NCBI GenBank assembly: GCA_965218095.1
Contig: OZ244587.1
Span: 704,001 to 768,000, forward strand
Direction: 5' to 3'
DNA: 64,000 bases
Source of the DNA: Candidatus Poribacteria bacterium
Lineage (GTDB): Bacteria; Poribacteria; WGA-4E; PCPOR2b
Part shown: positions 57,880 through 64,000 of the stretch, one piece after another
Position numbering within the stretch: the stretch's first letter is position 1
How the letters are laid out: every line of letters begins with the position of its first letter
Position numbers and translations under genes: made by a program
Notes under the pieces: model-generated
Seen by the model: only the letters and a program-made list of their open reading frames with translations
Database searches by the model: none
Told to the model about the DNA's origin: nothing

Positions 57880-59331
57880 TTACTGCATAGCAATCGCAAA
57901 GAGCGTATTCCGACTTGCAATATACAGTACACCGTTTTTTGCTACCGGGGTGGTATAAACCGCACTCCCCATATTGGTCTCATAGATTAGTTCTTTCTTT
58001 TTGCCTGCTTTTAAGATGGCAACATCTCCGTCCTCGTCTCCGATGTACACCTTGCCATCCGCCACGAATGTTGACCCCCAAATCGCAGCAAATGTGTCAT
58101 ACGTCCAATGATGCTCACCCGTGTTGGCATCAAGGCAGTAGACGAAACCGCTCAAGTCTGCCACGTAGAGCAGATCATCGGCAATTGCGACAGTGGACAT
58201 CGCGCGATGGAAATCTTCGTCGCCTCGATGCCAGACGGCCCCGGTCTCGGTGATGTCTCCTTCACCCGTTGCGTCAATTGCCCAGAGATGGCCGATTCCC
58301 TCCCCATGTTCCGGGTCCTGTCCCACGCTGATGTAAACCTTATCCTCCCAAATGACAGGTGTCGAAATAATGTTATTGCGTGTACCTCGGCCGCCCAGCT
58401 CCCAAACGGAATCTTTGGGATTACAGTCAAATTTCCAGATTAGTGTTCCTGTCTCAGGTTCGAGGGAATAGATCCAGCCGTCGCCGCCGGGAAAGATGAC
58501 TTGGGGTTTGCCGTTGATTACCCCGTAGGCGGGGTTAGACCATTGACCGTGTAAGATATTTTCGGCAGGAGAGGCATCTTCCCAAACCAGTTCGCCGGTC
58601 GTTTTATTGAGTGCGATAAAGCTCGGCGCAAAAGGGGAAGGAATGTGAACGTGCCCTTCGTCGACACCGTTGCTCGTTTCCACAAAGAGCAAATCACCAA
58701 CACCGACTGGGGAACAGGTGGCGAGATTGTGGGGAAAAACCTCCAATTCTTCGATCATATCATACTTCCAGATGATGTCTCCATCAATTTCGCTGGTGTC
58801 GGTCTCCTCCTTGAAGGGTCCATCATTTTCACCGTCCATGAAGCCTTCGGTATCTACGCAAACAATTTCAGCGCGGTTGGAAATATAATAGAGCCGATCG
58901 TCCTCGATAAAAGGCGTTGAACAGATACCCTGTTGAGGCCAATCGTTGACGCGTCCGGCGGGGAGTTTAGTATGTGTGGATTGCCAGAGAAATTCCCCGT
59001 CCGACTCGCGGAACGCCATAATAACGCCGCGGTCACCAGTAAGTTTCGGATTTCGCATCCCTTGGTTGTTCGTGCCGACAAACACCTTACCGCCGATGAG
59101 AACGGGACCCGCATAGGTCTGCGACCCCAAGGTTGCTGTCCATTTGATGTTTAATCCGGTTTCTGTGTCCCATTTTTCCGGCAGATTTTTTTCATCGGAG
59201 ACCAAGTTGCGCGATGGTGTGAAACCCCACATCGCTGTCTCAGCGGCGACGGGTGTTACCGATACTATCAAAACCGTTAAGAGAATAATGTAAAAGATAG
59301 CACCTGTTTCTAGAATCTGTTGATGTCTCAT
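57880..59331 (-). CDS. PQQ-binding-like beta-propeller protein with acidic loops (secreted)
   Basis: Signal peptide; NIKWTATLGSQTY, GICSTP, FPHNLATCSP, NGVDEGH, HGQWSNP, GQDPEHGEG. Confidence 0.88.
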   Translation of the reverse strand: MRHQQILETGAIFYIILLTVLIVSVTPVAAETAMWGFTPSRNLVSDEKNLPEKWDTETGLNIKWTATLGSQTYAGPVLIGGKVFVGTNNQGMRNPKLTGDRGVIMAFRESDGEFLWQSTHTKLPAGRVNDWPQQGICSTPFIEDDRLYYISNRAEIVCVDTEGFMDGENDGPFKEETDTSEIDGDIIWKYDMIEELEVFPHNLATCSPVGVGDLLFVETSNGVDEGHVHIPSPFAPSFIALNKTTGELVWEDASPAENILHGQWSNPAYGVINGKPQVIFPGGDGWIYSLEPETGTLIWKFDCNPKDSVWELGGRGTRNNIISTPVIWEDKVYISVGQDPEHGEGIGHLWAIDATGEGDITETGAVWHRGDEDFHRAMSTVAIADDLLYVADLSGFVYCLDANTGEHHWTYDTFAAIWGSTFVADGKVYIGDEDGDVAILKAGKKKELIYETNMGSAVYTTPVAKNGVLYIASRNTLFAIAMQ

Positions 59332-59370
59332 TTCGCTCCTCTAAAATTGTGAGTAGTTGATAACCGTAAA

Positions 59371-60126
59371 TTAAAAATCGTCTAACTGTGGTCCTGTTAT
59401 TACACTCAATATTCCGTTGTGAAGTTTGTATTTAGCATCGAAGTCTGCACAGTCGTGATTAGAGTATTTTTCCAACACTTTTACGCACCAAGCAAACAAG
59501 GTTCTGAGCGAAGCGCATGCGTCGGGGCGAGACAGAATGTACTCAATGTTAATTTTATTCAAAATTGCTCCGCCATGTTTAATTTCATCAAAACAGGAAT
59601 ACAACCCTTTGAGTTTATTTTTAGGATGGCGAATTTCCTCAACATCACCTTCGTTGTCTGAAAGGGAGGTTTTCAGGATAGTGTTAATCGCTTGTGCGTC
59701 AGCGAAGGAGTACGCCTCAAGCATATTCACCAGAAAATGCACAGATGCGCGATGCTTCAAGGTGTTTAGTACCGTATCAAGTGCCAATCGATAGCGATTA
59801 AAGACCTGTTGCGCTTGATCTCTGCGGTCATATTCCAGATCGTCAATTAGGAGGACAAAGTGGCAAACGTCAGTCATTAGATACTTTCTTGCCGCCAATC
59901 CAATTTTCGCATCTTTGCTAGGAATGTCCTTGCCGTTGCGAAGCGCTTTAAGTCTTTTCGTTGAGGTAATTGCTCCAAGCTGACCGACGCGCCGAATCAC
60001 TTCAAAGGTACAAACCCCGGTTTCCATTAGCGACTTAAATAACTTTGGAAGATGTTGTTGTTCAGTTTCCCCGGTAACGATTAAGCCAAAGTGGAAAGTG
60101 GAAATAGGTGCATTGTGGATATTCAT
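59371..60126 (-). CDS. DUF4276/RloB-like protein (TOPRIM-like), putative nuclease partner
   Basis: LIVTGETE, LLIDDLE, LEAYSFAD, VEEIRHPK, CASLRTL; directly downstream of an ABC-type ATPase. Confidence 0.65.
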   Translation of the reverse strand: MNIHNAPISTFHFGLIVTGETEQQHLPKLFKSLMETGVCTFEVIRRVGQLGAITSTKRLKALRNGKDIPSKDAKIGLAARKYLMTDVCHFVLLIDDLEYDRRDQAQQVFNRYRLALDTVLNTLKHRASVHFLVNMLEAYSFADAQAINTILKTSLSDNEGDVEEIRHPKNKLKGLYSCFDEIKHGGAILNKINIEYILSRPDACASLRTLFAWCVKVLEKYSNHDCADFDAKYKLHNGILSVITGPQLDDF

Positions 60127-60147
60127 CAGGCTGTGTGTCCTCTGCAG

Positions 60148-61377
60148 TCATTCCCCCTTCTCCTTGGCGTAGGGTTTACTTTGGGGGGCAATGGCTTCAG
60201 CCATGTAAAGCGAGCCGGTATCATAGCTTTCCAGCAAATCTTGAATATCGTCCATCTCACTGACCCGCGTTAGAACCGTCTGCCCAGCCTTATCCAGTCC
60301 TGTTGCCAAAATATCTGCTGGCTCAAACTGACCAATCAAAACTGGGGAATGTGTTGCGATGAAAACCTGCTTGTTCCATTCCTTTGTGGCTTGCTTGACT
60401 GCCTCCGCAAAAACAGAGATAGCATAAGGGTGAAGCGAGGTTTCCGGCTCATCGAACAAGATTAGCACGTCATGCTGATTTCCGTGAGCAAACAGCGAAG
60501 TTAGCAGAATGAGCATTTGCAATTGACCCTCCGACTCGCTTAGTGCTGGAATTGGGTCTTGCAGGTTTTTTTGGACAAAGCTGGCGTAGATTGCGTTTGG
60601 ACCGGCGGGATCAAACACCAGATCTTTGAAATTAGGGAAACTTTTTCGCATAAAACTGATAATAGTTTCATAGCGCGAATCGATTGCACTTTTATCGCGA
60701 ATGTTGCGCAGAACCGACCATAGATTCCCGCAATCCTCGCGCAACGTGATATCCATACCTGACTCCGAGCCGCGTTGCTTAAGCCCATATAGGTCAGTAT
60801 AATGAGAGTGGAAAAAATGAACAGAGTTGAGCAAACTTCGTAAATCGAAAGCATCTGGAGGAATAAGTTTCCTTCCTTGCATATACTGAATCAAAGAAGG
60901 TTCATATTGAATCAAAGCAAGTTTTTCTGGAAAGGTCAGGCGAGTTTGTGCCGAAGAGTTTTCTTCATAATGATAAAAGTCAGCCTCATTGCTGCCTACT
61001 CTTCGATTTATTAGGCGGACTTTTTTTTCTTTGGAATATAGAACTTCCCCGGCATACGGATCAATTTGACCAAGTGAAAATCCTAATCGGAGTGCGTACT
61101 CGGCAAGTACTGTTTCCAACGTGATTGATATACCTTCCCATTCATCAACGCGTTGCCCAACACCCTGCCGCAACATACCAAAACCGTTATTCCGGCTTCT
61201 ACCAGCCTCGGCAACATCTCGAAAAACACAATCCCTGACCAACCGAATTGCTTCCAACAACGTCGATTTCCCTGAACCATTCGGTCCAAACAGGACATTA
61301 ATTGGGCGCAGTTCTACTGAGACATCTGCCAGTGATCGGAAGTTTTGGATATGTAAACGGGTTAGTTGATTGCCCAT
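60148..61377 (-). CDS. AAA_21/ABC-type ATPase (AbiEii/RloA/AriA-like)
   Basis: IQNFRSL, GPNGSGKST, SEGQLQ, LILFDEPETSLHP, IATHSP. Confidence 0.88.
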   Translation of the reverse strand: MGNQLTRLHIQNFRSLADVSVELRPINVLFGPNGSGKSTLLEAIRLVRDCVFRDVAEAGRSRNNGFGMLRQGVGQRVDEWEGISITLETVLAEYALRLGFSLGQIDPYAGEVLYSKEKKVRLINRRVGSNEADFYHYEENSSAQTRLTFPEKLALIQYEPSLIQYMQGRKLIPPDAFDLRSLLNSVHFFHSHYTDLYGLKQRGSESGMDITLREDCGNLWSVLRNIRDKSAIDSRYETIISFMRKSFPNFKDLVFDPAGPNAIYASFVQKNLQDPIPALSESEGQLQMLILLTSLFAHGNQHDVLILFDEPETSLHPYAISVFAEAVKQATKEWNKQVFIATHSPVLIGQFEPADILATGLDKAGQTVLTRVSEMDDIQDLLESYDTGSLYMAEAIAPQSKPYAKEKGE

Positions 61378-61385
61378 GATTTTCC

Positions 61386-63596
61386 TCAATTCCCCCAAAC
61401 CTTCAGATTATCATAATAGATCTCAGCCGGCGAATAGCCGTAGATGCCCGGACTCCCTTCCCGATTCGGCAGCGGATCTTCGACTATAATCGTCCATTCA
61501 TCCGGTTCCGGCTCACCTCTGACCCAAACCTTTCCCTTGACGTGCGCCGTGTCATCAACAATATCCACCGTCATTTTCATGGTGTACCAGACATTCGGCT
61601 CCCACTTGAAATCAACCCACTTTGCCATTCGGAGATCTGATCGCCACGAAAGCACCTGAAGCCGTTGGTAATTGCCTTGCATCTCAAGTGTGTAGCGGTG
61701 AGCGATGAGTCCCATGTCCGGAAGGTTTCGCTTCGGCTTCGTTCCCAGCAAATCGACTTGGAGGGTATAATTTTGTATGTTCGGGGGACCGATGTAAACG
61801 TTGGAGCGGTGCAATCCGCGGCGGGCGGGCGGTTTGACGAGAATTTTGTTCCCATCCATTTGACGGACGACAAATCGGTTTGTTGCACGGACCCAATGCG
61901 GCGGACTCTTCCCCTCCTCTATCGACTCAAAATCTTCGTGCCACGGCAATTGTGGAATAACTCGGACTCGTGCGGAGTTGCTTAAATCGCCAATCTTCGC
62001 CGATACTGTTCCTGCTTGACCGGGGCGACTCGGTTCAAGAATCAACTTTCCGTTGTCATCAATAGTCCCTGACAATCCATTGAGTGACCACTCAGCAGCC
62101 TTTTCGCCAATCAGTGCACCTTTATTGTCAAAAGCACGAACGCTAAATTGGAGGCTGTCCCCCGATTGGACTAGAACTTCGGTGGGTACAATCTGTATTG
62201 ATGCAGGAGCAGAAGTAGACATCGCCACAGTGCTGGGTGCTGATACAGGAACAGGCTGGGTTGAGGTGGAAGACCCCTGAACCCCTAAGCAGTAAAGCCC
62301 TTCCTCAGTGGTAAAGTAAACTCGACCGTTAGCGATGGCAGGTGAACCGTAGATCTCCGCATAGCGACCGGATTCCCTTTCAATCTGTACTGTGTTAAGC
62401 GTTTTACACTCGTTCTCACCCGGCTGCAGGATGTGGAAGTGACCATTGACTTCCGTGACATAGATTTTTCCGTCAGCGACAACAGGGGACCCTTTACCCA
62501 CTGTGCCGAGGCTATGTGTCCAATGAGCCTCCCCGGTTTTGCCGTTGAGACAGTGTAAATTCGCCGAACTGTCCACAACATAAAGCCGGCCATCGTCCAG
62601 CGCTGGAGAACTATAACCCGCCTCTATGCCGTCAACTCGCCAGACCTCATGCGATTTTGTAATATCGCCCGTGCCAGTTCCATCAATGCAGACGACGCGC
62701 CCCATCACTGTCGTGTCCGTGTTCTCCTGATTGTGACTTGCGTAAACCCGTGTGCCATCTACGACCACTGACGCATTGAGAGCCCCTTGACTGACCCGGA
62801 AGCCCCAGACTTTTTCACCGGTTCGCACATCCATCGCGTACACATAACCATCTGCATTACCGTCGATTAACAGCCGGCGCCCGTGGATCTCGGCGACGAC
62901 AGCCACTGGATATGTTGTATTCTTCGGGGGGCCACCGGGTGTTGTGGGCCAAACCACATCTCCCGTGCGTTTGTCGAACGCAAAATAACGATGTCGCATC
63001 GCGGCGTGACTGCCCCAACTGGTGTTAAGAAAACTGAGGATCACAAGGTTTCCATCGACAACAGGTGTAACAACTCGCCCACCATAGCCCGTGAACCGAC
63101 CAAATTCTTCTGTCAAAGAACGCGACCAAACAACCTGCCCGTCCTTATCGAAACAGGCAAACACGCCGCTAATGGTGTGGGCATAGATATAACCCGTTTC
63201 CCTATCTCCCGCCAGACTTGTCCAACCCAGTCGATTAAAAGGGATTGTGCTGTGAAAGACATTGAATCGGTGTTCCCAGAGCAGACTCCCCGTTTCGGCA
63301 TCAAAGCAGGCAACCCGTTCCTGCTCAGTGATGTCCATCCCAACCCGCCCGATGACATAGACTCGATTGTTCAAAACGATTGGTGTGGAACGACCGATAA
63401 AGTCTACCTTCCAAATTAAGTTCTCGCCATCCACAGACCAGTTCGAGATTAAACCGGTTTGTGAAGACGCGCCATTCTGATTCGGTCCTCGCCAACTTGG
63501 CCAATCCCGAGCCAGCGCGTTGTCGAAGCCAACACTCAGAATGAATAGCACATAAAGAAAAGTACAGGTTGTTTTAAAAGTAATCTGAGACCGCAT
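61386..63596 (-). CDS. PQQ-binding-like beta-propeller with Ig-like and C-terminal beta-sandwich domains (secreted)
   Basis: Signal peptide, DWPSWRGP, propeller repeats, Ser/Thr/Pro linker, C-terminal WYTMK...KVWVRGEPEPDEW...GSPGIYG...YYDNLKV. Confidence 0.88.
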   Translation of the reverse strand: MRSQITFKTTCTFLYVLFILSVGFDNALARDWPSWRGPNQNGASSQTGLISNWSVDGENLIWKVDFIGRSTPIVLNNRVYVIGRVGMDITEQERVACFDAETGSLLWEHRFNVFHSTIPFNRLGWTSLAGDRETGYIYAHTISGVFACFDKDGQVVWSRSLTEEFGRFTGYGGRVVTPVVDGNLVILSFLNTSWGSHAAMRHRYFAFDKRTGDVVWPTTPGGPPKNTTYPVAVVAEIHGRRLLIDGNADGYVYAMDVRTGEKVWGFRVSQGALNASVVVDGTRVYASHNQENTDTTVMGRVVCIDGTGTGDITKSHEVWRVDGIEAGYSSPALDDGRLYVVDSSANLHCLNGKTGEAHWTHSLGTVGKGSPVVADGKIYVTEVNGHFHILQPGENECKTLNTVQIERESGRYAEIYGSPAIANGRVYFTTEEGLYCLGVQGSSTSTQPVPVSAPSTVAMSTSAPASIQIVPTEVLVQSGDSLQFSVRAFDNKGALIGEKAAEWSLNGLSGTIDDNGKLILEPSRPGQAGTVSAKIGDLSNSARVRVIPQLPWHEDFESIEEGKSPPHWVRATNRFVVRQMDGNKILVKPPARRGLHRSNVYIGPPNIQNYTLQVDLLGTKPKRNLPDMGLIAHRYTLEMQGNYQRLQVLSWRSDLRMAKWVDFKWEPNVWYTMKMTVDIVDDTAHVKGKVWVRGEPEPDEWTIIVEDPLPNREGSPGIYGYSPAEIYYDNLKVWGN

Positions 63597-64000
63597 GTAA
63601 ATCTCCTATATTTTTTCTTTTGGTATATGTTGTAAGAGCATAGTTAAAGACGTGAGAATTGTCTTGAAGTTTAACGAAGCCTTAGTCAAGGTCTAGATCG
63701 AAATCGCTGTTGGCCGCATCCGCAAGCACCGCCCTCCGTTGAGTCGAATAAACACATTTTATGGGAAGTTAGAGGTTGAAGTCAATCAAAAAATTGGGCA
63801 GATTGCTGGATTTTGGCAATCCCAACGACGAGAGTGATAAGCGCACCAGCCCAGTGTTAACGAAAAATTGAAGAAAACCACAGAATAGGGGAGACAGAAA
63901 CGAGATTATGTTGTAAAATATGATGGGGACACAGAAAGACATTCAACTTTAACGGAAGGGTTGCAGCGTATGCAAACGCGAAAACTGAACAGCACTTCAT

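Noticed and set aside
39-63419. Numerous short antisense or overlapping ORFs in the six-frame track
   Set aside because: Shadow ORFs of well-supported genes, without motifs or RBS support.

Overview
Bacterial window, most likely Candidatus Poribacteria or a relative. This is an inference from an LDL-receptor YWTD-repeat lipoprotein, a C-terminal VEAKGKLPALWGEIK motif, FlgD-Ig-tailed secreted proteins and many PQQ-like propellers. (1) 179-22236, minus strand: secreted metalloprotease, giant Reg_prop/Ig protein, PorV-like barrel fused to a transglutaminase-like domain, a catalytically dead paralog of that domain, CHASE2 kinase, NtrC-type activator with an atypical GAFTGA loop, and a sigma70-family factor behind a sigma54 promoter. 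Two insertions interrupt this locus: an ORF-less group II intron carrying an IS982 in domain IV, and a 4-kb element bounded by a 21-bp inverted repeat whose own genes are two DUF1670-like ORFs, with two nested ISs. (2) 22639-37786: uppS, M55 peptidase, TIM-barrel isomerase, MATE, nrdR-nrdJ with NrdR boxes, an IS200/IS605 right-end relic, sulfatase, prpD and a TAXI-TRAP transporter. (3) 38072-63596, all minus strand: five PQQ-like propellers mixed with a GriC/GriD (EhpF/EhpG)-like aryl-acid reductase pair, Fe-ADH, HemN-like radical SAM, chorismate lyase, PaaK-like ligase and a flavin halogenase-family enzyme. This is a candidate undescribed aromatic metabolite or cofactor pathway. It also carries Kelch and YWTD repeat genes, an ATPase/DUF4276 pair and several gene relics. 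No rRNA, tRNA or CRISPR array was seen. All family calls come from motif recognition by eye, without database searches.
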